A DNA stretch of 64,000 bases, taken from assembly GCA_038087875.1 (NCBI GenBank), contig CM075997.1, positions 8,000,001-8,064,000 of the forward strand, read 5' to 3'. Under the pieces are notes generated by a model. It was given only the letters and a program-made list of their open reading frames with translations, made no database searches and was not told the DNA's origin. This stretch comes from Malacoraja senta (taxonomy: Eukaryota). Both the position numbers and the translations under genes were made by a program. Below are positions 24,585 through 37,590 of the stretch, one piece after another. The first letter of the stretch is position 1. Each line of letters opens with the position of its first letter.

Positions 24585-25545
24585 GATTCATGAAAGGAAA
24601 ATCATGCTTGACTAATCTTCTGGAATTTTTGGAGGATGTGACAAGTAAAATGGATGAACGGAAGGCAGTGCATGAAGTGTATCTAGACTTTCAGAAAGCC
24701 TTTCATAAGGTCCCGCACGGGGAGACTGGTGACACAAATTAGAGCACATGGTATTGGGAGTAGGGTATTGACGTAGATAGAGCATTGGTTGGCATGCAGG
24801 AAGCAAAGAGTAGGAGTGAACGGGTCCTTTTCAGAATGTCAGGCAGTGGCGAGTGGAGTGCATTAAGGCTCGGTGTTGGGGCCGCCGCTGTTTACCATAT
24901 TTATTAATGATTTGGAAGAAGGAATTAGGAACAACACTAGCAAATTTGCGGATCACACAAAGGTGGGTGGCAGTGTGAACTGTGAAGCGGATGTTAGGAG
25001 GTTGCAGGGTGGCCTGGACAGGTTGAGTAGTGGGCAGATGCGTGGCAGATGCAGAATAATATAGATAAATGTGAGGTTGTCCACTTTGGTGGCAAAAACA
25101 AGGGGGAAGATTATTATCTCAATGGGGTTAGGTTAGGTAAGGGGGAGGTACAGCGAGAAGTGGGTGCCCTTCTACACCGGTCACTAAAGGTTGGCGTCCA
25201 GGTACAGCAGGCAGTGAAGAAAGCTAATGGATTGTTGGCCTTCATAACAAGAGGATTTCAGTATAGGAGTAGAGAGGTTCTTCTGCAGTTGTATAGGGCT
25301 CTGGTAAGACCATATCTGGAGCCTTGCGTACAGTTTTAGTCTCCTAATTTAAGGAAGGGCACCCTTGTGATTGAGGTAGTGCAGCGTAGGTTCACGAGAT
25401 TGATCCCTGGGATGGTGGGACTGTCATATGAGGAACGATTGAAAAGACGAGACTTGTATTCACTGGAGTTTAGAAGGATGAGGGGGGTCTTATGGAAACA
25501 TACAAAATTATAAAAGGACTGGACAAGCTAGATGCAGGAAAAATG
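24585..25545 (+). mobile_element. CR1 RT fragment; its 3' end appears to continue at ~32279-32580
   Basis: FADHTKVGG, DKCEVVHFG, LDKLDAGKM, then an abrupt switch to L1 sequence. Confidence 0.85.
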
Positions 25546-26686
25546 ATCTTCCTCAGAGACCTGAAAGACCTGCCACAAGAAGCCATCTTAAAGAACTTGG
25601 TAAACATCTGCAAACAGCAGCTGAAAGCTCAGGAGAAGAAGCTGATTCTCAAAGGGTACCTTGCGAAATGGCTACGAAGGAGAGACAGATGGAACAAATG
25701 GAACAATCCGTAAGAGCTTCAGTTACTAAAGACATTTCTCAAATGATATCTCAAATGATACTGGATGGGAACATCACACTGGAGAAAAATCTGTCTAAAG
25801 AAATTAAACAAGGTAGCGATGAAATGATTGAGCAATTTGCTACCCTAAAGAAACGTGTGAAAGAAGTTGAGAAATAGTTTACTTCAGAAATTAAGCGGGT
25901 GGAAAGAGTCTGCAATGAGAAGTTTGATTCTATTCTCAAGACCACTCAAATGTATGACAAGGTGATGGAAGAAATGGAAGATACAATGAGTGAGATGTCT
26001 AAGGAAATAGAGAGACTGAGAAAGGCACAAGAAGCTGCTGGGGGGCAACTTGTTAAAATGACTGACAAATGCTTGGACTTGGAAGCGAGATCGCGAAGGC
26101 AGAACTTAAGAATTGTTGGAGTAAAGGAAGCGAGGGAGGCTGGATTGCACCCCCGAGAGTTTGCGGGTAACTTAATTAAACAAGTCTTTAAGCTGCCGGA
26201 AAACCCGAGAATTGATGTGCCTCTACCGGGTTCGTCGTGCTCAGACAAGAACTGACTCCCCCCCAAGACAGATTATTGTGAAATTTCTTGACATCTCTGC
26301 ATTGGAAGATATAATGAAACAGATTCCGTACGGATCGAACCTGACATACGAAGGGGATAATCTTCGGTTTTTTCGCGACTACCCAGCTGAAATCGTCAAA
26401 AAAAGGAATATGTTTACAAAGAGAGGACATGTTTTGAAAGAAATCCCTGGTGTAAAATATGGAATCATGTATCCGGCAAAAATGAGATTTACCAATAACT
26501 CGACGGAACGTGCCTTTATGGATCCAGAAGCGGCATTTAAATATGCACAAGATATCGCAAAGGAGAACGTCTGAGAACATTACAGAGGAGAACCGGTGAA
26601 GATAAGACCCTTTTTTAAATATAAAAAAGAACTTGTTCGCATTAAGATGGCGGAATGTTTCATGAGGCGTTGGCCAGAGATGTTAC

Positions 26687-27498
26687 ATAGAAACATAGAA
26701 ACATAGAAAATAGGTGCAGGAGTAGGCCATTCGGCCCTTCGAGCCTGCTCCGCCATTCAATATGATCATGGCTGATCATCCAACTCAGTATCCTATACCT
26801 GCTTTCTCTCCAAACCCCCTGATCCATTTAGCCACAAGAGCCACATCTAACTCCCTCTTACATATAGCCAATGAACTGGCCTCAACTACCTTCTGTGGCA
26901 GAGAATTCCAGAGATTCACCACTCTCTGTGTGAAAATTGTTTTCCTCATCTCGGTCCTAAAAGATTTTCCCCTTATCCTTAAACTGTGACCCCTTGTTCT
27001 GGACTTCCCCAACATCGGGAACAATCTTCCGGCATCTAGCCTGTCCAACCCCTTAAGAATTGTGTACGTTTCTATAAGATCCCCCCTCAATCTTCTAAAT
27101 TCTAGCGAGTACAAACCGAGTCTATCCATTCTTTCTTCATATGAAAGTCCTGACATCCCAGGAATCAGTCTGGTGAACCTTCTCTGTACCCCCTCTATGG
27201 CAAGAATGTCTTTCCTCAGATTAGGAGACCAAAACTGTACGCAATACTCCAGGTGTGGTCTCACCAAGACCCTGTACAACTGCAGTAGAACCTCCCTGCT
27301 CCTATACTCAAATCCTTTTGCTATGAATGCTAACATACCATTCGCCTTCTTCATTGCCTGCTGCACCTGCATGCCTGCTTTTAATGACTGGTGTACCATG
27401 ACACCCAGGTCTCGTTGCATCTCACCTTTTCCTAATCGGCCACCATTCAGATAATAGTCTACTTTCCTGTTTTTGCCACCAAAGTGGATAACGTCACA
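26687..27498 (-). mobile_element. CR1 3' fragment inserted in the L1 inter-ORF region
   Basis: Open 211-aa ORF2 C-terminus, (tttctatg)n tail, TSD gttac at 26682-26686 and 27499-27503. Confidence 0.92.
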
Positions 27499-29944
27499 GT
27501 TACCTCCCTGGAATGTGAATTCGAGGTCGCAAGCTATGTTTCACCTTGAATGAAGGACTGAAAGAAAAACAAAACGGTCGGGGAACATGGAAAACAACCT
27601 CGAGCACGAGAACATGGACAATAATACAAATGGACTTGGATATAAAAAAGCTTGATTGCTTTTTTAAATTATTTTATATATAATCAAATACTAACATAAA
27701 ATAACTAACCAACTCAACTAACTTAACTAACTCAATAATACTAACTACTTTTATTGCACCCCCAATGCTAAGGATTATGAGCTAAATTATAGATATATAC
27801 TAACAACAATATTAATTAATTAAAAGTTCATAATAGAACTATCATAAGTTTTGTGTAAATGAGGGGGGAGGAGATTCAGACACTTGGAAGGTAGCCAGGA
27901 GTCTGACTCTGTTGACCCCTTGCAACCTGCTGTTGTTTAAAATGAAAGTTTTGGGCTTAAGTGGGGAATTGAAGGTAATAAGGGTTTGGGTATAGGTATA
28001 TATGGGTATATAACTAACATATAGTAAATGTCAGTATATATTCAAGACTAGACCACTTGGAGATGCATATAGAGATTTAGAACCCAAGTGTTTTTTTTGT
28101 CTTTTTTTTCCCCGTTTGGATATATTTTATAGCCTTGAAACGACCTTTCTTCCTTTTCACAGTATTTGGTCAAGGGGGCGGTGCTGAATGTATAATAACA
28201 ACGACGGAAGCTCACAAATACTTCTTTACCACCGTTAGGTGGTTTCTCTTTATTAAGGTATCGCTCTTTAGATACTTTAACACCACTTTTTCTAATTATT
28301 ATTATTTTTTCAACACCTAACTCTTTCTTGTAGGTTTTAAGGTTTACTTTGAAAAGGAGGTGTCAAATAAATTCAACAGTTCTGGACGACCACCCAACAC
28401 CCAGAGCTCTGAGGTACTTGGCTGCACCATATGACTTAAGGGTAATAAAATGATTCACAATGCAAGACGATGAACAAAAGAAGATAGGAGTCACGTTTTG
28501 TAGTTCGAATATAAGGGGCGCTAATGAACCAATTAAAAGGGGCAAGATTAAAAGGGCCCAATTAAAATCACTTAATTCTGAAATAATTTTCTTGCAGGAA
28601 ACACAACTGAAACAACAAACACAGATAAGAATGAAGGCAAATTGGATCGGGCAAACATATTATTCCTCGTGTACTTCTAAATCTAGAGGGACGGCTATTA
28701 TTATTCGTAAAGGTATATCATTTAAATTCAAGAACAGCATATCAGATAAAGAGGGGAGGTATGTCATAGTTATGGGAGAAATTCCACTCCACTTACTATG
28801 ATAAATATATAAGCGCCTAATTTTAACCCTCAAATTCTAAACAATCCACAAGGTAGTATATATTTAAAATAACAGATGAAACTCTTCTTCGAGACCAACG
28901 ATACAACAGGTATTTCACCTTCGTTATTATGGGAAACTTTCAAGGCATTTATTAGAGGAATTATAATTTCATATCAAGCCTACCAAAATAAAAAGAATAA
29001 CACAGTTGCAGTTAGAACAAGAAATTAGACAATTAGACCTAGATAATGCCAAGGACCCAACCATAGACAAACACAATAAGATAACTTTATTGAAATTAAA
29101 TTAAATAACATTTTATCGGCAAGAGTAATAAGATTATTTCAAATTACAAAACAGGAAAATTTTGAATTTGGCGATAAACCACATCAACTTTTAGCACGTC
29201 AGCTGAAAAAATGGGAAAAAGAAAATACAATTACAAAAATTAAATCAGATAAAGGTGAATTATTAACATTACCTAAAGAAATTAATAAAAGATTTGCTCA
29301 ATTTTATCAAAATTTATATACATCTAAAACCGCAGCAGATAACACTAAAATTACAAATTTCTTAGATATGTGTAACCTTCCAAAACTTACTTTGTTGGAA
29401 CAAGATGAGTTAGGAGCTTAAAGAAATAGAAGAGACAATAAACTCGTTGAAAAATGGCAAAACACCAGGACCAGATGGTTTTAGTAATGAATTCTACAAA
29501 GGATTCCACGAGATAATTTCTCCGCGCCTACAAAAATTATATACTCATGGCTTTAAAGAAAACACATTACCAGAAACTTTAGCCGAATCAACTATTATAC
29601 TTATACCAAAAAAAGATAAAGATCTAGAAGAACCAGGTTCATATAGACCTATAGCACTCTTAAATACAGATCAAAAAATACTAGCAAAGACTTTAGCGAG
29701 AAGACTGAGTAAATACGTTAGTAAACTAATAAACCCGGATCAAACGGGGTTTATACCCAAAAGATACTCAGCCAACAATTTGAGACGCTTGTTTAATATA
29801 ATGTATTCACAAAAAACTGAAGAAGAAGATGTATCAATTAATTCATTGGACGCAGAAAAAGCATTTGATCAAGTAGAATGGCAATATCTGTATAAATATT
29901 GCAAAAATTTAACATGGGAGAGAATTTTATCTCATGGGTAAAAT

Positions 29945-29947
<3 letters not shown>

Positions 29948-29987
<40 letters not shown>

Positions 29988-30028
29988 GATTTTATTTATA
30001 TAGCGCTTTTCAGGACTCAAAGTCGCTT
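29948..30028 (-). mobile_element. Extremely truncated L2 3' end with (TTA)n tail inside L1 ORF2
   Basis: Nearly identical to 15674-15732; L1 coding resumes at DKPTARIL. Confidence 0.8.
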
Positions 30029-32278
30029 GACAAGCCGACTGCTAGAATACTGACTAATAATATGTTATCTTTAAAATTGCATTTAACAAGGGGCAATAGA
30101 CAGGGGTGTGCACTATCACCCCTGCTATTTGCCCTTGTGATAGAGCCTTTAGCAGAAAGTATAAGAAGCCATCCGAATATTAGGGGATATAATACCAAAG
30201 ATTCAAATAATAAAATGTCATTATACGCAGATGACGTATTATTATACATTATAAATTCGCAAGTTAGTATACCAAATATATTAAATTTAATAGAGGAATT
30301 TGGCCCCTTTTCAGGATATAGAATAAATTAGAATAAAAGCGAAATTATGACGTTAAAACCCCAAGACTAGACACACCTGTTAAAATTTCCCTTTAAAATT
30401 GCAACAGAAAAATTCAAGTATTTGGGTATCCAAATTACTAGGAAATATAAATCACTGTTAACGCAAATTGTATGCCTTTATTAACTAAATTGAATGCGTT
30501 GATTACATTCTGGAAAACCATGCCGATGTCATTAATAGGCAGAATAAATGCTATAAAAATGATTTTTATACCACAAATATTGTATCTATTTCAATCAATA
30601 CCAATATACTTACCAAAAAACGTCTTAAAAAATTAGACTCCAATATTACAAACTTCATATGGGACTACAGATCGCATAGAATCCACAGAAAACACCTGTG
30701 TAAACCTAAAGAATCTGGGGGATTGACACTCCCGAACTTTTTATACTACTACTGGGCAGTACATATTAAAAACATAATTTATTGGTTGGACAGCTCTACC
30801 CAACAAGTAGAAAGGATAAGAATGGAGAAAGAGGATTGCTCTCCTTTTAATATAGGAGCGATCCTCTTCTCCCCGATAAAATTAAACAACACAATATATA
30901 AGAAGATTCCAATTATCCACAACACATTTCGATTTTGGAAACAAATAAAACTAACTTTGAAATTAAGAAATGTATCGCTTTTATATCCAATAGTAAATAA
31001 TCCCGCATTTAAACCATCTCTCACTGACAAATCGTATACCCATTGGGAAAGATTAGGAATTAAAAGGATTGGAGACTTGTATGAAATGGGATTTTTTAAA
31101 ATCATTTCAACAATTACAATTAAATACAATTTGAAAAATAACCAATACTTTAAATACCTTCAAATTGTAGATTATTTGAAAAAAACACATACAAGCATAT
31201 CAAATTCTAACTAGATTCATTAGTTGAAGCCATGAATATGAAGGCATTCTCATGCAATTTAATATCATACCTATATAATATCATTTTAAATATAGAATCA
31301 CCATCGACAGAGGCAATCAGAGCAGATTGGGAACGAGAATTACAGATAAAAATTGGGAAACATGGGGAAAATACCTGATATACATACATAAATGTTCGAT
31401 TAATTCAAAACATAATTTAATAAAATTTAAATTTTTACATAGATTTTACTACTCGAAAATTAGACTGAACAAATTATATCCAAATATCTCTCCCATCTGA
31501 GATAAATGCTTATCTGAGAATGCAACTATAACACACTCTTTTGTCTCCTGTGTAAAACTTCATAAATTCTGGAATGAAATTTTGAAATTTTTACAAAACT
31601 ATTGAATAGAAGAATTGAACCTAATATAGAAAGGATTATCTTTGGATCAATGGAAGATGGGAATAAGCTAATTACGTCTCAAAAATCTCTACTTAATTAC
31701 GGTTTAATAACGGGAAAAAAACTCATACTTAAATTTTGGAAAAATGCGCCAACACCAACGCTCAAAATGTGGATTTCAAATATGTCGGAAACGGCATATC
31801 TTGAAGAAATGCGACTCCTTCTAGCAGGTAAAGTAGACCAATTCTTATTGATTTAGTCTCTCTTTATCGACTTCTTACAAGCATATGGTGCAACACAACC
31901 ATATAAATAAAATGGTTCAGAATCAGGTGACGGGTGGCCATCAACATTAAATAGATATATCGTTTTCAATCTCCTTTTTCCCTTTTTTCCCTTTTTTTCC
32001 CTTCTCTATTTCGTCTCTTTCTCTTTCTCTTTCTACTTCTTCTTCTCTCTTATTTCTTCTCTCTGGCTATCTTTCTATTTCACGCAACACTCTATATCAA
32101 TCTCTTATTTTCTCTCTTTCTCTCTTACTCTTGCTTTATTATTAAATTAAAAATAAGAAGTTGTATATGAAATGTACATGAAATGCATATGAAATGTAAT
32201 ATGCCAAAAAGCATTAGGTACCATGGTACCACATTATTGTACTTACTTCTAACAAAAATAAATAAAAATTAAAAATAA

Positions 32279-32580
32279 AGAATAAAGGGGAGGCCATTGA
32301 AGACTGGGGTGAGAAAAAACGTTTTCACCCAGAGAGTTGTGAATTTGTGGAATTCCCTGTCACAGAGGGCAGTGGAGGCCAAATCACTGGATGGATTTAA
32401 GAGAGAGTTAGATAGAGCTCTAGGGGCTAGTGGAATCAAGGGATATGGGGAGAAGGCATGCACGGGTTATTGATTGGGGACGATCAGCCATGATCGCAAT
32501 GAATGGCGGTGCTGGCTCGAAGAGCCGAATGGCCTCCTCCTGCACCTATTTTCTATGTTTCTATGTTTCTATGTTTCTAA
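32279..32580 (+). mobile_element. CR1 3' end
   Basis: cagagagttgtgaatttgtggaatt...; (tttctatg)3 tail. Confidence 0.88.
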
Positions 32581-32859
32581 TATACAGGGTAAAATTGAGA
32601 GACGTGAATGAAATTACCGATGTTCGAGGCGGTCGGGCGGATTTCTTGTGAAAATGCCGAACAATAATTTGCAGTAAGTACTACAGATATTGATACATCT
32701 TGCACTATGTTTTTTTACAGTAGGGATTTGCAAACAAATACATTTTCCAATCAATTCAGGATCATGACCTACATAAATCAAATTGGTTTACAGAAAGTTG
32801 TTTCAAAGTTCTTTTTCGTTAATAGCAGATAAATAAAATATACTGTAGTTATTCCGCAG

Positions 32860-33470
32860 TGGACCAAAAATGCTGAAGAAACTCAGCGGGTGAGGCAGCA
32901 TCTAAGGAGAAAAGGACTAGGCGATCTTTCGGATCGAGATTCCGCATCCAGTAACCCGATGTGCATTTATTGCAACGCAAGGCGCACCGTGGGTAAAGTA
33001 GATGAATTTATAGCAAGTGTTTAAGAAGGAACTGCAGATGCTGAAAAATCGAAGGTAGACAAAAATGCTGGAGAAACTCAGCGGGTGAGGCAGCATCTAT
33101 GGAGCGAAGAAAATAGGCTCAGTTTCTGGTTGAAACCCTTCTTCAGACTGATGTGAGTGTGGGGTGGAGCCAGAGGGCCGAGGGAGACCTGATAAGGGGA
33201 GGAGAAAGTAAGGACTACCTGAAATATGTTCATACCGCTGGGGTGCAAACTGCCCAATCGAAATATGAGGTGCTGCACCTCCAATTTACGGTGGTCCTCA
33301 CTCCGGCCATGGAGCAGGCCCAGGACAGAAAGGTCAGATTCGGAATGGGAGGGACAGTTGAAGTGCTGAGCCACCGGGAGATCAGGTTGGTTATTGCGAA
33401 CCGAGTGGAGGTGTTCGGTCTCACCGATGCAGAGCAACTGACATCTAGAGCATCGGATGCAATAGATGAG
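32860..33470 (-). mobile_element. Penelope terminal repeats and GIY-YIG fragment
   Basis: LIYCIRCSRCQLLCIGET...GMN; two aaaaatgctg.agaaactcagcggg units. Confidence 0.85.
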
Positions 33471-34882
33471 AATCAGTGCTTGGAACCATAACGTCGTGGC
33501 CATTGCAGAGACTTAGTTCCGCGAAGGACAGGGCTGGCTTTGCAACTGTTCAGGGATTCAATTATTTAGATGTGATAGAAAGGGAGACAAAATGGACGGA
33601 AGAATTGCTACATCAATCAGGGAGAATATTAGGACAGGATAGACAAGGGACCATTGGAAGATTACTCCACTGAGGCGGCATGCGTAGAGATGAAAGAATA
33701 AAATATGATTAGGTGATGATACTAATATGCGAAGGCAGTTAGAATTCAAGAAGGTGATGTTGGGACTCTTGAAGGTGGATATATGCGCAAAGCCCGATGG
33801 GGTCTATGCCATGTTATAGAGAGTGGCAAGTGAACAGATTGCAGGACTTTAATGAAGAGCATCTCCAGCCACAGGCGAGCTCTCGGAGGACGGAGGGAAC
33901 ACCCAATGATATTCCTTTGGGAAGTGAAGATAATCCACGAAATTAATGGATCACATCACTGGCATGGAAACTATTTGAGAAGTTTGTCCGGGATGGAATT
34001 TACTCGCAATTCTATGCGAATGGGCTACTTAGGGAAAGTCGGCATGGCTTTGTCGGCGGTAGGTCATTTTAGACGAACCTAGTTCGGTTTTCTGAAGACC
34101 CTAACCCTCGGATTCAAATGACAGGGCAGGTGAACATCTCCTGCGGTTGTTGGGGAACAGCCTGGGAAGCATACGCATTGGGTGGTATGGGATGAGCCAT
34201 CCAAGTAGTTACTGAGACAATTATCTCCACGTGAAGTTGAAAGAGGAAGGGATAGAACGATATGATTGGTGATGGAATCATGCGCAACTCGGCGGGAACG
34301 TAGGGGAATGATTTGTTGGTTGCGAAGGCTGCTGTGATGATAGATGAGGGGTATGAGACCACTGGCCCTGTTCCATTTGTGATAAGGTGTAGTGAGTGCA
34401 GAACTACGGAAGATAGAGGAGACAAGAGTTGGACTCCATTTACAACAGCAGTGAAGGATCCACGTTTACTGATGAAAGGAAATTTCCACGTCCTAGATTG
34501 GAAAGCCTCATGTTGATAGCAGACATGGGGGGTATTGATTAAGATTTACATCCTTGCATAAGGCAGAATGAGAGTATACTCAAAGCCGCTTGGGAGTCGT
34601 TGCGTTTGTAATAGACGTCAGGGAATTACGTGCCATAACTTGCACTTTCAGACAACTTGTCTAATGTTTTGTAGTATCCCTTTAGGAGTGGATTGCATTG
34701 CACAATGGCGCAATGGTTAAAAAAAATAGCAAGTCGTAAGGATTGTGTAAGTGTTATGGATGACACGACTGACAAGACATTCACACTAATTGGCGCAGTG
34801 GAACTTATCCCTCCTATATTAGATGTTCATAATGCAGTCGCATGTGAATGGGACCGCTAGAACATTTTGAAGAACTGGTCGC

Positions 34883-34967
34883 ATGTTCGCACCGAAAATG
34901 CCATATCCAGCAATTTACTACATAGCGAGCATTTACTATCCTGTGTTTGCAGCGGTTGGTATTATTG
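34883..34967 (+). CDS. GPR139-like class A GPCR, exon 1
   Basis: MFAPKMPYPAIYYIASIYYPVFAAVGII+G then |gtaagg, phase 1; supplies the start of TM1. Alternative in-frame ATG at 34898. Confidence 0.85.
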
Positions 34968-36227
34968 GTAAGGCGCTGGGTCTGGTCACGATTTCAGTAG
35001 CTCCGTCTTTTCGTTACCCATCACAATTACTGGCCTTCGATCTGTCTGCTGCACAGTTATATCATTTGTGTTAGTGTTAATGGTAACTTTGACTCTTGAT
35101 TTTAAATTTACTTGAATTTCCGAGGCATTGCCAGTAGGTGTTCTTACGTCTGCATTTGCATTAATAGAGAAACATATATTTTTACAGAAACAATTTTTGC
35201 CGCCTTTACAACTCTTTAAGTTGCTTTCGAGGTCTTACCCCACCCTTGAGATCTCTGCCAAAAAAGTGCAAAATGTTCCAACGAACCACCACGTGTCTGA
35301 ATCCAGTTTGCGAAATTCCAGCGAGCTTGGTACTCCGCTTTCAAGCCAGCTGAACGCAGATCCAGAGGATTGAACGACACGTTTTCGTCAATCAGGCATT
35401 TTCAAGGATGATACGATCTATTAGATCATCTTGATCCGACTGAGGATTAAACTTCCCTGCAGGACTACATTTTGGAAAACGTCGATCGTAGGACTTCGAC
35501 CGGATTGAACTTTGCGCGAACATCAAAATGACAAATTTGTCAATCTCATTTGTTTTACAATATGCATCCATGCTTCGCATTGATCAGCCACCCATTATTG
35601 GAAACAACCTTCTGTAATGGTCATCTGTACAATTAGCTCAGTATTTTCCTCGCGATCAGGTCAACCTCACCACAGAGTGAGTCCGACTGCTCTCGACATT
35701 GTCACAGTTACGTTGCATTACTCTCTACTTGTTGTTATTTCATGGCCTCTGTGAGCGACATACCTGCGCACCTAATTAGCCAAATAAATCCTCCACTAGA
35801 TTACATAATTTTCCCCAACGATGGATTTATCCGGGCAGAGTGTCCCATCACAGTAACTTGTTTTCTATCAATCCTAATTGGCCTGACAACGGCCTGAAAT
35901 GTCGTCTCCACTTCCGGTTCCGCTGATACTGTCTGACGTGCTGAGTGTATCCAGTCGTTTATATTTATATTTCGCACAATTTCTACGAGGACAACTCGCC
36001 ACTGAAGGATTCCACCATTTTTATCCCAGCTCCGCTTTACAGATTATTACTTTGATCTGCCAATTGCATTACGAATTGGCAGGCGGAGGTGAGTTGGTAC
36101 TGTAGCCGCTGAATGCAGGTTATGGCCGCTTTGCAGAACGCGATCGAGCGTTTTTAAGATATGTTAATTAGTTTTGTTAGTAAAGCTTTGTGTTTACTTA
36201 ACTCTGTGCTTTCCTTTCTCCTTGCAG

Positions 36228-37126
36228 TTAATGTAACGGCAATCGTGATCCTATCCCGTGGAAAATGTGGACTCTCCAAATGTATCACTCGCTACCTTGT
36301 TGGAATGGCAGCAGCAGATTTCATGGTGGTTTTCATTGTTAATATTGTGAGACGGATTAACAGTATCTATTATTACGCCCGTTTCTTGCTCATAACTCCG
36401 GTATGTTCTCTGACCACCGTTTTTACAGTTGCAAGCACGGACTGTTCCGTTTGGCTAACAGTTGCTTTTACCTTCGATAGATATGTTGCTATCTGTTTCC
36501 CAAATATGCGGGAAAAATATTGTACAGCGAGAACAGCGACCAAAGTGATAGTAACAGTGATGATAGTGAGCTGTGCGAGGTGCATTCCTTTTTATTTTGA
36601 AGCCGAGCCTTTTGTTATCATTGATTCTGTGCCGTGGCTTTGCGTCAAAACGCCTGAATACTTTACTTCTCCCCTCTGGAAAGGACACGAGTTGTTTGAC
36701 AGTCTCGTAACACCATTGCTACCAATATGTTTCATTCTTCTCTTTAATGGTTTAACCGTTAGACACATCATTGCGGCAAATAAGGTCCGGAAGGCGCTCC
36801 GGAGTACCAGTGAGAATCAGAAAGATTCAGAGATGGAGAACCGGAGAAAATCAATGATTCTACTATTCGCTCTATCTGCGAATTTTATATTACTGTGGAT
36901 GCCCTATGTAATACACTCAATGAACTGGCAGGCGGTGAATGTTACCTATGCAGACAAATATTTGAATACTCCGATATATATATTTCAACAATGTGGATTT
37001 ATGCTGCAGTTTCTCAGTACCTGCACCAACACCTGCATCTATGGACTGACTCAAAGGAAATTTAGAGAGGAGCTGAAAAATGGAGTGAAGTATATGTTTA
37101 CATTAAATGGGAAGCGATGTAAATAA
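36228..37126 (+). CDS. GPR139-like class A GPCR, exon 2 (spliced product 327 aa)
   Basis: ttcctttctccttgcag| acceptor in matching phase; hydrophobic helices with MAAAD (TM2), AFTFDRYVAIC (TM3), FILLWMP (TM6), NTCIY (TM7) and helix-8 KFREEL; no stops. Confidence 0.92.
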
Positions 37127-37288
37127 CGAAAAACAGTCGGTATGCAATTTAGATGTATACTCTTCACAGTTTCAGACTATAAAACCTTGGACAATACAGC
37201 GTAGGAACCGACACATCGACACACGATATTGATGCCGAACATTATGCCAAATAAATTAATTCCTTCTTCCTGCAAATGACCTATATTT

Positions 37289-37590
37289 AGCAATGTTACA
37301 AAATTTTGAGATTTTAAAAATAAAGTCTGCAATTTATCCCATCAGATAAAGCATAAAAAGAGGTTTAATTTGACACCTAATTCACTTTCATATCTTCAGT
37401 ATTAAAAAAGTTATGGCCATTTTCATACTCGGAAATTAGCATCTTGTTCCCTATTGCTTTTCCATTGACTTAACACAAAATCTGTGATCGAGGACAGTCA
37501 AAAGCCCATAACTTTCTTAAAAATTAAGAGAACTGAAAGACATTTTCAGTTATTATAGATTGAAGCATTCTGAAACAAATATGAAACAAT
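37289..37590. other. AT-rich segment, possible non-autonomous DNA-transposon fragment
   Basis: Abrupt composition change; inverted motif aaagttatgg / ccataacttt; truncated by the following CR1. Confidence 0.35.

Larger units (their letters stand above)
25546..32278 (+). mobile_element. Near full-length AT-rich L1-clade LINE, inactivated
   Basis: ORF1 ~25668-26574 (coiled coil, LEARSRRQNLRIVG); ORF2 ~28460-31856 (FLQET, PGPDGF, YRPIALLN, RQGCALSP, LYADD) with many frameshifts; T/C-rich 3' UTR and A-rich tail. Confidence 0.92.

Noticed and set aside
36161..36227. ATG at 36161 as the GPCR start (single-exon 321-aa model)
   Set aside because: This stretch is a polypyrimidine tract and acceptor; the upstream exon at 34883-34967 has a phase-matched donor and supplies TM1.
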